The notes beneath the pieces are model-generated. The model was not told the origin of the DNA and did not search any database. It worked only from the letters and a program-made list of their open reading frames with translations. A DNA stretch of 64,000 bases from Tubulanus polymorphus (Eukaryota > Animalia > Nemertea), in the NCBI RefSeq assembly GCF_964204645.1, contig NC_134025.1, positions 7,316,001 to 7,380,000 on the forward strand, read 5' to 3'. Below, in pieces: positions 12,709 through 36,200 of this stretch. Positions within the stretch are counted from its first letter, which is position 1; every line of letters begins with the position of its first letter. Made by a program: the position numbers and the translations under genes.

Positions 12709-14040
12709 AAATTCAAATTCAAAATGACTTTATTGATCCTTAATGTGACAGAACATTATTGGTGAATGTAATACAATAAAGTAATATATAAAAACAGACA
12801 TACAAGGTATAATACAGCGATTACAGGGATTATAGAAATTATAATAATACATATAGGTATGATGATGGAAGAATGATGGATATTATATGAAGATAATATG
12901 AGATGATAGATATTATATAAGATTAAGCTATATACGTAATCTAACAGTTTATCAAGTAGTGAGTAATATATAAGGTTGAAGGCAGACCCTATATATATTG
13001 GGATGGGTTCAGATGGGTTTTTCTTTGGAGGCAAAGCTTGTTGACTTGTTGAGAGGATATGTTGCCTATTTCACTGTCATTGTTGTTATATGCAATTAGG
13101 AAGAGGAATTTTTCATTATCGGAGAGTTCAGAGAAAGGGAGAGCGATATCAGTTATTCGTTCAAAAAAAGGTATACGGGTGGAACAGAGTGTTGGGCAAT
13201 GGACGAGAAAGTGCTCTTCATGCTCTATGGATGAGCTGAGGCACAGGGGACAGGTTCTACATTCAGGAGCTATAGGAGGGCGAGTGTCGGCCTTTTTCTA
13301 TTTGAAGGGAATGGCTAGAGACTCTGAGTTTAGATCTTTTCTAATTGGAATTTTTGATGAAGATAGTTTTCAGGATAGAAGCCTTTCTTAAACAGTTTGT
13401 ATGTGCGTAATTTAGGTGTTTTAGTAGAATCATTTATGAGTGAGCCACTGGGAACTATATAGGGATTGAAGTGAATTTTTTATAGATTTGGATGAGATTT
13501 TAGAATGGCCCTGGCTGGTTAGTCCAAATGTCTGGCATATCAAGACATGAGAGAGTATTTTTAATGCCAGCACTCCAGTTGTGGGTGGTAGCTCTAGAGG
13601 AATTGGGGGGAGTGTGGGCGTTTTGTAGATATTCAATGTAACAGATTCTAAGCCAGAATTTGACGCAGCGGGGTATGATAGAAGTAAGGAGGGGGAATTG
13701 GCCGAGATCACCTCTTGTTGCAGCATTAGAGGTATGCCTGTTAACGCCTAGGATGAATTTGTTAAACCGAAGATATGGTTCTTTCTAAGTCCCCTGGTGG
13801 CAGTTGCATGAACTAGTCTGTCGCACATGGCTAATTTTATGAAGTATTTGCGACCCAGATCCGCCAATGAAGCACCAGGATCCAGTTCTACTGTTGTGAC
13901 AGTGATACAATACTTTTATTTACAGAAAATGAGGGAACAGTCTTGAAAGAGCTGAAGTATTATTGGGGTGTAAGAAATAGATAGGCTAATGATGAATACT
14001 AAGAAGACGTTTAGCTGGGTTAGTTAACAAGTCTGTTGAC
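12709..14040 (-). mobile_element. Decayed LINE retrotransposon 3' portion (RTE-X-like)
   Basis: Minus-strand translation near 13190-13290 gives RPPIAPECRTCPLCLSSSIEHEEHFLVHCP (ORF2 C-terminal zinc knuckle). SLADLGRKYF near 13845-13870 resembles GELGRYP. AATAAA plus a (TTTGAA)n tail at 12709-12735. Multiple stop codons; the 5' boundary is approximate. Confidence 0.75.
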
Positions 14041-14098
14041 TTGATCTGCATTTAAATGATTTTTTGTAGATTTTCCTGAGGTGTTTATATTTTTCTAG

Positions 14099-17000
14099 AG
14101 TGATGATATATCTGATGAGGAATACTGGGGGAGTAGTAAGTCAAGAGGGTTCAATTTTGATGAGGTACGTAATTAAAGACAATGATTACTCTTTCTTTTT
14201 AGCATTTTAGAGCATTTGATTTATGCCTTCATTTGGTTTTATTTAAATCCCTTTTGAATAGGCAGCTCCAGTTCCACTATGAGTTTTAACTCCCAAGTTA
14301 AAATTAGTTCATTTTCAAAGAGGAGTCAAATCTTAACTCAGAACTGTAGAACTCGCAGCTGGGCCTGATTCAATAAGTCTTTGATTCTAGTATCCTATAT
14401 AGTATGGTACCTAGGATACTGAGGTCAAAAGATTTTTGCGTCGGTTCCCTGTGGTGGAACTGGCAGCCCATGCCAAGAGGCTGATCTAGGGGTTGCACCT
14501 AATATGCCACTTAATGTGACCCCTCAGGACAACATAATAGCTGCAAAATTTTCTATCTTTTAGGATGTTGCAGATCTACGTACAGCTAAAAGTTTAACAG
14601 CTGGCAGTGTTTTCGACAATGATGATACGGAATTGATCAATTGGGATGATTCAAAAGTTGGTGAGTGTGACATTTTTAATGAAATCATCTATTCCATGTA
14701 GATTGATTTTCTTGCCTTTCATGTTAGCATGTATGAATTGAGACTATGAAAAAAGTACCGGTGATGAAAATGCAGCATGTTTTGTATAATATTTAATATT
14801 TCACCCATCATGCTCAGTGATACTGTGTATTGTGATTATTACAGAGACTTCAGCACGATCAGTCAGATTTGTTCAGAGAGGATCGGCTAGCTCAGCCAGG
14901 ACTTCAACTTCAGCCCCACAGAATGTTCATAATCGAGGTAAATGGGTTTGTAGCAAATATTCCCTGTTCTAATACAGCACTAGTGGTCTACCATGCAGAA
15001 TCAATGCAGATGCTTTGAAGAATGCCATAATGAAATGTTCCTGGTGTATGCCTACAACCTTTTTGATCATCTGTACCGTAAGGAAAAATTTATTTCATGC
15101 GCTTTGAACCAGATTGATGTATTAATGATTTCAACCACACCTAATTTAATTTTGAATTTTCATTTATCCTATATCTTAAATAGTTTTAAGTTGTTGATTT
15201 TCTGATGATTTTCTACCCATTATTTATCAAGCACACAATTCAGATTCGGCACCACCTGCAGGATTTAGCTTCCCAAAAAGAGATACAACCGGCATTGAAA
15301 GCTTCATCGATGGTAAATTTTCAAATAAGAAATGATACACGTATGATAATTGACAACTTATGGGAGAATATCTTGATGTTAAACATTGAGTCATATCTAC
15401 ATTGATTCTTATTATTTCAAGGAGGTCCAGGTCAAAATAAGACACCTTCGTTAACTGAATTAGCAAAGCTCGAGTCACAAAATAGAATCCTGCAAAGCAA
15501 TGCACAGGTAACGTTTATTTCAAGGGACTCGTTGGGATGTCCACAGTTTAGGGAAATTTTTGGTGTAAATAGATCTTAATCTTTTTTATCAGGCTGCAAA
15601 ATTGGAGCGTTGGTCTGCAGTTCCTCCTGATGAAACAGTTAGACGTATATTACGAGGTCAGGTATGTAGGCCTACAATGTTTTTGATTTAGCAAAATTTG
15701 TTCAAGTATTATAAACATCTTTAATAATAAAAGTTCACAGATATATATTGTACCATCTTTCTGTTTTATAGCCTTACAATCTGGAATTGTACAGAGCACT
15801 GCAAGAGAAGTTGGCCCTGCTAGACGAAGCAATCAAATGCCATGATGGCAATGCTATTACTGCTGTAGGTATAAGTGTCAACCCGATAGAAGGAGAGAAT
15901 TCCCAGAGAGCGATGTATTTTCTATCATTCTTGCATTCTCTCCATTGTAGGCAGTTCTATTTCTGAAAAGCACAGTTAAGAAGTCAATATTTAATCGTGA
16001 AATGATGTTGCGTCCACAAGCTCTGAATCAGTACATCAATTTTCTCACTCAAACGAACAGCTTCAATGACCTTGAGGATATTCTTGGGTACCTTCATTAC
16101 TCATTTTCACCAGAATAACTTTTTACCATAATGATAAGTAACTATGCCTAACATATCTTGAAAGTTATCCCTGGGGCTAAATCATTAATCTAGGTGATAA
16201 CTACCCCAGTATGTGTTAACAATAAGGAACAATATGGGTAAATAGATGATTTTGAGATATATCCTGAGAGAAAATGTACATTATTTGAACTACCTTTATG
16301 ATGTCCCAAGTCAGGACTTATGATATTGATTATACTAGTTAATGAAATCTTCATTATGAATATGCCTACATATTCAAGTTAGTACAAATCTATTGCAGAA
16401 TGATGGGCCGTATTGAGGAAAGTGCGGTAAGTTTCTGACGTAAAGCTTTCAAAAAACAAGTGATTGGTATTTAAATCTACTTAAATATTGGTCAATTTTT
16501 GTGATGATCTCATTGCAGATGTTGAAATATAAGCAAGCAATATCATCAACAAATGCAGAAACAAAGAAACGAAACCTTGAAACATGCCTACGGTAGGAGT
16601 CATGCGTTTTTCTTCCCCAGAAATCATAAGCCTGCATAGTCCAGATCATTTAGGAATGATGAAATTCATCTGATTTCTGAGATATCCAGATTAAGAATTG
16701 TATTATATATTCTAGATAGGTTTAGTAAATGATCTAGATCTAATTAAACTCTACGTTTAAATAGACTTCTTTTGTTTGTTTTTCAAATAGAACACATTTC
16801 CAATCATCTCCGGGAATTTCTTTGGAGACGAGGCTTTTACAAGAACATGTATCACTGTTGGAAAGGCAACTTCCTGTTGAGGTATTATACAGCTATTAAA
16901 ACTTATTGAAACAAAAGAAGGAATTGAATTTGATTGTCTTGTTATTATAAGTGCAAACCAGTGAAATTCGGAAATTTGAATAAAAATGTTTTTAGGATGC

Positions 17001-18320
17001 TGATTCTAAGGATGAAAGAGAAGGCAAGAATCAGATGTTTAAGGAATATCCTAGGGCTGCATCACTAATAAACATGCCAGTTATTACTACATTGTATTAC
17101 TGTTGTTTCTACCACTATGATCTTAGTGAGGTAACTATTCCAATAGAAATCATATATATGCTGGTATTTCTGAATTTCTACTGAATATTTCATATGGTAC
17201 ACTTTGGATATATCCCTCCTATGGTATAAACGTCGGTTTAGTGATGTTACATCATGTATTTTTCATTTCAAGGAAGCTATCTTATTTGTTTTGCAGAATT
17301 CATTTGCTAGTCCACTGTCAATAAAGAATCATCATCAGGTAGAATTTTTTTTTTCATTGATTTATTGATACTTAAAACTCTTGTTACTTGTATTATTGTT
17401 AATGCTGAAAAGAATTTTATACTTGTATTCATTACTAGTTCAATGTCCATGGTTTAATTTCTTTAAATAGTTGACAGATAAACAGTTTCTATGGATAGCC
17501 CTGAGTGCAAGGTCAAAGTTACGCAGATGGAAGGACGTTGAGAAACTACTCACTACTAAAGTTAGAAACGTTTTGTTTCATAAGTTCTGAAGTACATTAG
17601 TTTCACATGTTCAATATTTTGATTTGTGAATTTCGTTTTAGGGAATGTTTGGCACAACGAAAATGAAGGCAGTCATAGGATTCGATAGGGTGGTAGATGT
17701 TCTTCAAAAGACTGGTGCCCCTACCGATGTAAGTCATGGGTAGATTTTGTGTGGGTTTCAGTTTGATGGTTGAAACTAATGGGTATATGGTCATGAGGAT
17801 GAATATTTACGTGATGGCTAGGAAAAAGGATGGATGGGCTTGAATTAATGGATATAAATTTGTGTTTACTTTCAGGCATTGAGTAAATATACCCGGTTGA
17901 TCGATGATCCAGATCTACGGCTCGAAATTGCGATTAAATGTCGTTGTCACCATGTAGTCATTGATGTAAGTACAGTACTATATGACTGTTAATTCCTTCC
18001 TCCTTATGACTACCCGGTATTTTCTTGCTGTATGTACGATGACTAGTCATTGTTGATTTTTAATCTTCAAGAATTTCATGTCTCATTTTATTTCAGACCT
18101 TTGTTGCAATGAAAGATAGAGCACAGATCGAGTCATATAAAGCCAAAGTATTGGAGCCACATACAGAGGAATTTTACTATGCACAAAATGCACTTAGCAA
18201 TTCAGTAAGTGTTGTTGACACAGATTGTAGATTCATAAATACATGTATACTATTTTTTACAGGAATATTACTCAGTGAAGTTTATGTTTTGTATTGCAGA
18301 GCATAAAATGGAAGAATTAG
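14099..18320 (+). CDS. VIPAS39: VIPAS39 / SPE-39 (VPS33B-interacting protein); start codon lies in an unresolved upstream exon
   Basis: About 17 small exons, for example 14099-14164 SDDISDEEYWGSSKSRGFNFDE, 15772-15864 LQEKLALLDEAIKCHDGNAITA, 16996-17130 YPRAASLINMPVITTLYYCCFYHY, and last exon 18300-18320 SIKWKN-stop. These match VIPAS39 motifs. AATAAA at 18738. Confidence 0.92.
14263..14451. mobile_element. Two adjacent short palindromic MITEs in a VIPAS39 intron
   Basis: First has CAGCTCCAGTTCCAC...GTAGAACTCGCAGCTG ends. Second has an internal AGTATCCTA...TAGGATACT inverted repeat. A similar element sits at 63886-63997. Confidence 0.5.
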
Positions 18321-21300
18321 GATTTGGTATTTCCATGCAAAGAACATTCCCTTCTCGAAAAGGTTCACCAGCCAATGGGTCGATCGTCCATGAACATTAT
18401 CGTGCGCTAATTATTGTGATACAGCTTTTGACAAAATCTCTATTAACTCCTGCTCTTGTAATGATGTAAATGGAATTTGAAGATATCACTATAGAATGTA
18501 TGGCTATCATCCGTATTAAAAAACTGCAAAAATACAAAATCATATAACTGACGAATTAGTTGGTTTACTTATTGTTAAACTAGCAATGTTGCTATATTCA
18601 CATCATTCAGTTAAATCAGATTATCTACATCGATTGTTATTTTCATAGTTTATTGCATAAACATACCTAAGTGTGTATACCGTTAGCTTGAATATTTATT
18701 GTATTGATGTTTTCATGTTTATACATATATATATGTGAATAAATGTATATTTAATATCATAAGATATGCTGTTTTGTGTCTGTTTTTACTATTTTCATTA
18801 ACTTCAGTTAAAAAAAGGGCACATCCTGAAGTAGGTACCCTAAAAATACTTGCATTTTAATCCACTAACCAGAACGCCCTTTCTCGTCCTACAAGGCACG
18901 TCATAGTACTGCTTATACAAATTTGCTGCCACTTCGAATTTCCACTGCTAATTAGCCAGGTGCTTGGATGGACACTAGATTTCATCACGTTTGCACCTAA
19001 TTATTAATCGTAATTAGTTACAGTTTACTTATGTACATGTACTTATACATTCAGTGCACCTTCCAAACTTCATCAGTACACATGGCACTTAAGAGGATGT
19101 GACTTGGTAGTAGTAATATCCGGTAGTTCAATGGGTGTGGTAGCCCTTTGCTTAGGTGGACACATAGCATAATCAAACCTGGGAGAAAAGTTGCCAACCA
19201 TCCTTGATAACTCGGACATTCCCTTTTTCTCGGTAACCTCTTATATTACTTCCTATTTCCTTATTGTCTGCCTGAGAGTCTCGTTAATAGTTGGTCCTTG
19301 ATTCAGAAATCACAGGCTGGTTCATCATCTAATTTACCTAAGACATGGCATCAACACAGGCGTGTGTATATTAATTATATTTTTATTTTCTTATAATATA
19401 GAAGTAATGGTACATATTGGAGAACTGGATACTGAATAAAATGTGTAGTACAACCTAAAGTTTTGTCAACATATGAATTAAGTCGAGGATCTTCTTTTTC
19501 ATCGAATTTATTATGTGTAAGGTTGCTTATATTACCATCGAAAATGATATTTGCAGCAATATCTCGTCAGTTTCTCAAATCTCACCTCTCACTCTCTATC
19601 TAAGCTTTTTCATTTTTCACATCAATCTTTACAAAACATTATTGTAACATAGTGATAGCAATCGATTGTTCATATAAACGGTAAGAGCTTCATTCAGAAA
19701 AGAGCTCGGGTAATATGCACCAATGGTTCTTACATGACAAATTATATATCATATACGTAAGATGGCATACGGTTTTCATTTCATGTAAGCAATATCCATC
19801 GCAGTCACAAGGGAACAAAATCTAATTTGATATACTAATTAATTGGGAGTGAAGAGAGATGGATGATAATTACGAGTGCCAATTTCGAATGAAACCTTCT
19901 ATGATCACAAGCTAATCAATGAATTTATTCAATTTCATCCAATTTCAACTTTGACAAGCGGATTGTATTGAGATATTTATGTACACAAAAATATTTATAC
20001 ATAGAACTTGTATATATTATATGAAATGTACAAATTACAAGGCTGAAAGGTGGAATGAGAAAATATAACGGCCATACATTACATTACACAATCACAAGAA
20101 ATCTGTGTCCTAATGGTATAGCACAAATATAATCGAATTCGTAATTACCTCTATTCAAAGTCAAACAGATTAATGATACAAATTGAAAACAATCAAAAAT
20201 GCTTCTTCAAATAACCCTTTTGCACATGTGCTAATTTCTATACCTTATCTAAAAAGATTTTTGTTTGAAATTCATTGCATTTTGTGCACTTCATTTTCCA
20301 CACAGAAATACTAAAGCTTCACATAAACTTATATAACTTGTACAGCTTGTGAGACTGTTCATCAACTTTACTGCACATCTTGGCCCAGGTAGACAGATAC
20401 ATGATACATCATGACAACAAACTAAAACCCTTACTAAACATTACATTGACCATTGATCTTTTAAACTTCATGAACCCATTATCATTTCAACTCAAAATTT
20501 ATTGATACATTTCACAATGAAATTAAATACCTGTCAATATTTACATATTTCTACCAAATTGCTGATGCTTTTCTTCAAATGCTCAGACTCTTCCCTATAA
20601 TGTAACTTCTGAATGTATTACAATTATATACAACGTGATAATTTACAATTTTACTACTATAGTACATGTATATTGAAAAGCATCCTTTTGTTGAATCATT
20701 TGTACATCAAATTCTCAAAAATAGTTATAGAATGATTAGATCTAATGAGAAATTAAAGCGAATTCAGTACATTTCTTTTTTCATGAAGCAAAGGTATATT
20801 CAAATCATACTGCAAAGAAAATTGACCCTGTTACCTCTAAATATATCCTCAAGCAGTTTACAGCTCTCAAATCCCTGATGGATTTTTCGATAGAATCAAA
20901 TCAAGTCACGGCAACCATCTAGGGTAATAGAATTATGTTAAAACTTAAATGAAGGCTTGACTGGGAATGTCACCAGTAACCAGCAGCACATTTCACTCAA
21001 TAAGCTGATATCAAGATCAAAAATTGCACTCACATTTTTTTAAACAATTACTTCTACAAATCACAAAAATTTTATCAACATATTGAGCACAAAGTATAAC
21101 ATACTTATTGCATCACAAAACTGGCCACATTGAGCTGTTTTTTTAGGCCCCGCGATCATCAATTCAAAGCATTCATCTATAAGCTTTAACCTTTAGAATA
21201 ACCATGGTTCTTGTCATAACCAAAGACTTGATAACAATAAATTCGAGTTCAGAGCTCAGAATTCAGGGGTGTTTGAAGATTCTTGCGTACATATCTAACA

Positions 21301-21729
21301 AGATTCATTCTTAATAGCAATACAGTATAGTATTCATATCAAAGTGTCTACATGTACGGATGCTGCTGAAGATAGACTCGGATGCATCTCAACAATCAAA
21401 ACCATACTCTTCATTACCTATAGTTATCACCATTTAGTGCCACAATACAAACACTAAAGCTTTACGGTGGTTTACAGGAGAGTTAACACAATGTCTTACC
21501 ATCAGTAGTGTGGAGGTTTTTGACACAAGGATTATTACACCGAATCTACAAAGTACATATGACATGCAGCAAATGTTGCAGACCCGCTCTTTATACGTGT
21601 ACACGTGAAATGTAGTCACAGAGACATTTTGGCTTTCTGACAATATTGAACATAAGCCATATTTCAAATCATTTTCTGTAAACTCAAGAAAAATCCTTCG
21701 CACGTTGAGTGCAATAAACTGTTCGTTCC

Positions 21730-30624
<8,895 letters not shown>

Positions 30625-33047
30625 CACATCAAACTGAGACGACCAAAAGGTCCGAGTAGATACTAACAGATATAACACGTCACATCAGAAAAAGGTGTTC
30701 AAGTCCTGTCCCTCAAGCTATCATGATGCTTGTATGATCTATCAATGCGTTAATTTTCTGCTGGCAATAGCAACACCAACGAGCCTTAGTCATTAATGAG
30801 CCACGAGACCTAATACTGTCAAATGACAAAACAGTGTGACCACTACAGTTATTCAACAGTCACGCCTGGCCCAGGTAAGTCATTCATTAAGGACTATTTG
30901 GCTAGCCTTAGATTGTCTATAATATGATTTGCATACCTTGTACAAACTATGTTGGTATTAGTCAAGTTTCTAATGGCTCTACCACAGGCAATGACAACAA
31001 ACGTTAATTGGCCACTATTATCATCTGAATTGATTTGTCCAGAATGTTTTCACCTTGCTTGGGAATCTATCAAATATTTCACGGATAATATTGTTATTAG
31101 AACCATAAATTAAAAAGCAAATACTTAAAGTATAATCTAAAAACCATTATGAAATTGATGATATAGAGTGATTCAGTGCTACAGTTTAAATTAAACTTAG
31201 TTCATTTCAGTATTTTAATTTTAGTATTCTAAATTTAGCACAGGTCAAATTATTATATATGAATTGCAACTGGTTCCAAGAAGTGTCTCACTTCACTTTG
31301 TTTAAACATTGTTTAGTATCGAGTGAGTGGTTTGCGTGAGGATACGCTCTCTAATTAGGCACTGACCAAATTCGACTTGGGCCTGATCTGCCGATCAATT
31401 TGGCTAGGGCCAAATCGTCATAAATTCGTTAGATCACTGAATTAAGCATCCAGCTCCTCGACGTAGGCAGCGTGCTTAAAATGTACAGGAAACATGAGAC
31501 ACCTGTGAAGTAAGCGGATAACACGGAGGTGGCTAAACAATAATTTACTAGGATTGTTAGACATCTCATAACAGTGGATCGTCTGCATCACCTGGGTCAT
31601 TTCCAGTGTCTCAATAATCAGCCTTATCCTTCGATCTGAGATTTACCATTCGGCAAAAAGCTATATACGTATTTCTTGCTGAAATTTACTAACATACTTC
31701 AACTTCCCACTCGTTATCTACACCCATACAAGAATTTCTTTATTTCATTTCAAAAATAGTTCGTCAGTACTATCTTTAAATGCAGAAAACAAACTGCAGA
31801 TGTAGTATTTGAGTCTGAAAAAGTTGACACAATTCATTCCAACTGAAGGAACTAAAGACAGATGTTATACCGTCAAGAAAAGAAAGTTACAATTTCGTTT
31901 ATTCGTGATCTTTCACTCTGGGTACTAAATTCCATCATTTTTGTCAAGACAACACTGGCTAACCAGTAACTACCATCCAAATAATGAGGAATTACAAAGG
32001 AATTACAAACAGATAATTTGACATTGAAACATATGCAGCAATAATGCTAAAAATAGCCACTACCTTATTGCTAAAAAAGCAGCAAAATGCCAATAGAACT
32101 CAACGATGAAACCTTTCCAGTAAACAGCCAACAGCAAAATAATGATTGATAAATTACTATTCCAGAAAAATGGCAGCACAGATAGCAAACCGAACTTCTG
32201 AAGGATAGATAAGCTACAAAGCAATAGAAGAAACAAACTGCACTTTGCCCGAAGACCTAAGAATAGTTATGCATGGCAAAACCTTACACGCTGCCAATGT
32301 TTTATAGTCTTGTGACAACATCAAAACAGCAGAAATTGGCTCATTACAACAGGGCCTGAAAGATTTCTACATGCTATAACAGCAGTCAACCTTAGTCATA
32401 CGACTTGTGAGAATAGTCGTTTTTTCATTAGATAAGCCAACTTCAATGGCAGTGCCACTACCCGGCTAAATGCACGTACCGAGATGTTTAAATTTCTATT
32501 CATCTTGAATACCTGTGTGAAGAGCGTAGACATTTTTCAAAGCGATGTTGAAATGAAACCAATTTGCCAATAAACCCCGCATCTGCTTCACCCGAAAACA
32601 TTTCCAAACTGATTCAAAATACAAACCTCGTGACTTCGAAAAGGGCTGTAATCTGTAAGGAGGCCTTGAGTATGGAGAGGTAATTGTAAATTCATAACCA
32701 CGATATAGCGCACTGACACAGGAAAAGGCAACCACTCATCATTATCGAATGTTCATTTTTTTAAGTGACGTCAGTATAATTCCTATTGTTATATTTGTAC
32801 TTTGAAGTCATCGACGACATGAAAATAGTTTCCGCTGAATCATGTGCGTACGAATCACGTGCTTTTTATCGCTGAATGACGACAATGCATCTGTCATTAA
32901 ACCTCATCACCTTAAAATATCATACAGTTCATGAAATCAGAGCTCAGTAACCCGAATTCGAAAATAGCTCGCATCAAATCATATGCAACTCGAGGTAATA
33001 TACCGAGATGATAGACAATATCTGTGTAAGATGAATATACGAAAGAA

Positions 33048-33292
33048 ATCCCAAAATAAATCAGCCAAAGATTAAAAGTTCAATGTTCAATAGTAAAAGA
33101 GTATATATTTGAGCAACATTTCAGCTAAAGAATATTAGCCATCATCAGGCGTACTGATGATGGCTAAATAGTCTTAAGCTAATAGTATGCCTGATGATGG
33201 CAAATAGTATTTCGCCAGAACATTGTTCAAATACATGTGTATATACTCTTTTACTATTGAACTTTTCATCTTCAGCTGATTTAACGTGGGAT
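33048..33292. mobile_element. Foldback-type palindromic element, about 245 bp
   Basis: Arms of about 100 bp, including the exact 23-bp pair GTTCAATAGTAAAAGAGTATATA (33085-33107) and TATATACTCTTTTACTATTGAAC (33240-33262). Nested hairpin TTAGCCATCATCAG-GCGTA-CTGATGATGGCTAA. Confidence 0.75.
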
Positions 33293-36200
33293 ACAGGTAA
33301 CTATCGCACGAGGTAATGTGATGACATTTATAACTGACACACAAAATTGAAAGTTAATTCGCCTTAGAAGCGTCGAAGATGAAATTGTGAAAGTTGCAAC
33401 ACATCAGCGCAGCGAACCATGCATTAAAGAGGAGCCAGCAGCAAGTTGTTTGACGGCTAACTGACTCGAGTGGAAACAATATACTGATGAAATCCTAGGT
33501 CCACTACCCCGGTCTCTGGTTTGATGTCTCGACATTTCATCTTCAACAGAGAGTTCATGCATATAATCGCTTATTGCAATTTTCTATTGCAGTTTTTTCG
33601 GTCGGAGATGAACCGAGTTGCTTCGTTATTGTCGATATACCGACCTCACTGCTGCAGCTAATGCCGACAACACCTTCAAAAAAATGTGACGTTTTACACC
33701 ATGATAAGCTGCTTATCACAATTGGATAAATACACAAAATGAAAGAATGGTTTTATTTGAAATTTGAAAGATGTTGTTATTGAAATTGGTGTAAGTACGG
33801 TTGAATATTATGTAATGCAGCTAGATTCATTGAAACCATGGACGTATAAACTAGATTATCTATATGTTGAGACCAAGACCAATGTCCATCACTATCTTAG
33901 CTCCTTGAATGACTAAATTTGATCGATAGCATCCGTCTCTTTGAAGTATCTATTTCTGGAAAACGTTTTAACAATTCCTTAAGCGCCTCAAAGTATGATC
34001 AGACAAAAATGGCGCCTCGCATCATCTGCCCCCACAAGTTAATGTATAATGAATTAAGGTAGAACAAAGTTTATCAGATATTCAACACAAGACTAGTAAA
34101 CACTCCATTAGATCAGGCATGCATATTAAATGCTACCGATGATCTGAATTTTAATGTATTGATCAGACATGATGAAGTCATTCATATAATAGTGTAAGGT
34201 GTTAATTCACTGGTAACCTTGGTATTCCTTCGTTCACATGAGGCACAAGAATCAATGTTACCAGCCAATCCACCGGAAAGACCATTTATATTAATTAGTG
34301 CCATAACCATCTCATCCTACAGCAGATCTCTTTGGTCAGTCAAACAACTAATAGACGTCTTGCCATAACGAAGATACCTTTAAGAGGTTATGAAAGATTC
34401 ATCCCGCTAATACAGAACAAGGATGAATGCTTTAAATATCAGTATGGAACAATATCGCAAAATGGTCGTATTGTCTGCCAACAGTTCAATGAAGGGCGGT
34501 GTCCAGAAATAAATCTGATCCGATGATACAAATTCACAGCACACAAATTCATGCAGCTACATCAGTAACTCACAAAGACAAGAATCCAATCCAAATAGCC
34601 CTTGAGGACAGTTCTCTAGATATGCAGCGGATAATTTGACATAGCAAGAGGTGAAAATCATTATTGAAAGAAAGAAGGCAAACTGTATTTGGTTGGGAAA
34701 GACTTTATTGGGCTTCCGGGAAAGCCACAGCAGCACGAAAGGATTGGAAGTATCGATTTGCGAAGCACCGCAGAAAAATCACATTTGGAAAAAAATATCA
34801 CTGTATCAGTAATTTTTAGGTGTGCCAGATGCAGGCTTATAAATACACATGAGAGACGTTTTACTATTCAGCGTCAGAAATACATTCAAATATGTAGGGT
34901 AGTTTGTGCGTTAGGGTATAAGAATGTTCCATCTCCACGATCCGCGCAAGTAAACCCGATGACAAATCAGCGAAAATTTCCACAACTCCCGAAGGTAAAC
35001 ACGTGAAAAATTGAAAAACCTGATATGCATTGTCATAACAACATCATCTAAATCAAGAAGTCAGTAAGAACCAATGTTTGCAAGGCACTTATCTGGCAGC
35101 GCGCATCCCGCTCATCCAGTATTAATCAAAAGACATATTTGTTTGAACAGTGATCTTCACTTTCTCCCGTACCCCTCGGATAAAGTTGGTATTTCATGGT
35201 TGGGTTCACTTTTCTGTCTTCAAGAAACTATTCTATATTAATAAAAAACCAGAGTTTTATCAAAATTCAATCTGTCATGTAGGGGAAGGAACTGACGTCG
35301 TTTTGACGATGCATATCAGGTTTTCAATTTTACACATGTTTACCTACGGGAGTTGCAGCAGCTTTCGCTTATTGTCATCGGTTAACCAGATCAATAAGAT
35401 CTCATTTTCAGGAACTGATGATGTAGAAAACTTTCTATTTCACAATTCTAACATTTTGATATTCGAAAAATGTACTTCGCTAGTTAATAGCACGAAACTA
35501 GCAGAAATTTTGAATAAATTGATGGAGATGTCCCCTCAATTTTAAAGGGGCTGCATTCATTGCTTAGTGTATGACATCGTGGCTGCTCCCAGAAAATATA
35601 GAAAATTTAAGCTTAATTTTGTTGTTTCTATTTTTCACATTAGCTCAATATATTTCAAAGCAGTTATCAGCATCAATAGATCATTGACATCCACTCTCGT
35701 AGGGGCAGCAGATATTTTATAAAGGGTGGCTGATTTTCAGAGGTAGATGTGAAGATGAAAGTGGTGGCCACCCCTCTGAAACCTGTTGTGGAGACAACTA
35801 ATATCCGATCTTCAGGAACTCATTCAAATTCATATAGCAATTTGATCTGTCGGTTTAATGGAAAATGCTGTGCATACTCTAAATAATAATGAAGCGATTA
35901 ATTCAATTGCTGTAAGAGTGGAATTCTCAAGGCAGGATCGAGAAACGAAGATAGTGCTCTCAAGATTGGTTTCGTCGCTAGACTGAAAGATGCTGAATAT
36001 TCACCCGAAAACAAGCTCTTCTTTGTGTCAGTAATATCTGAAGACAGCCGGGCAATATGAGCAATATTGAATATTCTCTATCGTGTATTTTTTCCCCAGT
36101 ACAGCGATCCATCATTGGAAAAAATCCATTTCAATTTTAACATCAATTGAAAGCAAAATAGATTTCTTAAAGCACCGCTGTCGTGATCGGAGATCTTCGT

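Noticed and set aside
33555-33675. Exon-like minus-strand segment (GVVGISCSSEVG...RLYA-stop)
   Set aside because: Has an acceptor but cannot be linked to the other exons; may be an alternative terminal exon or chance.
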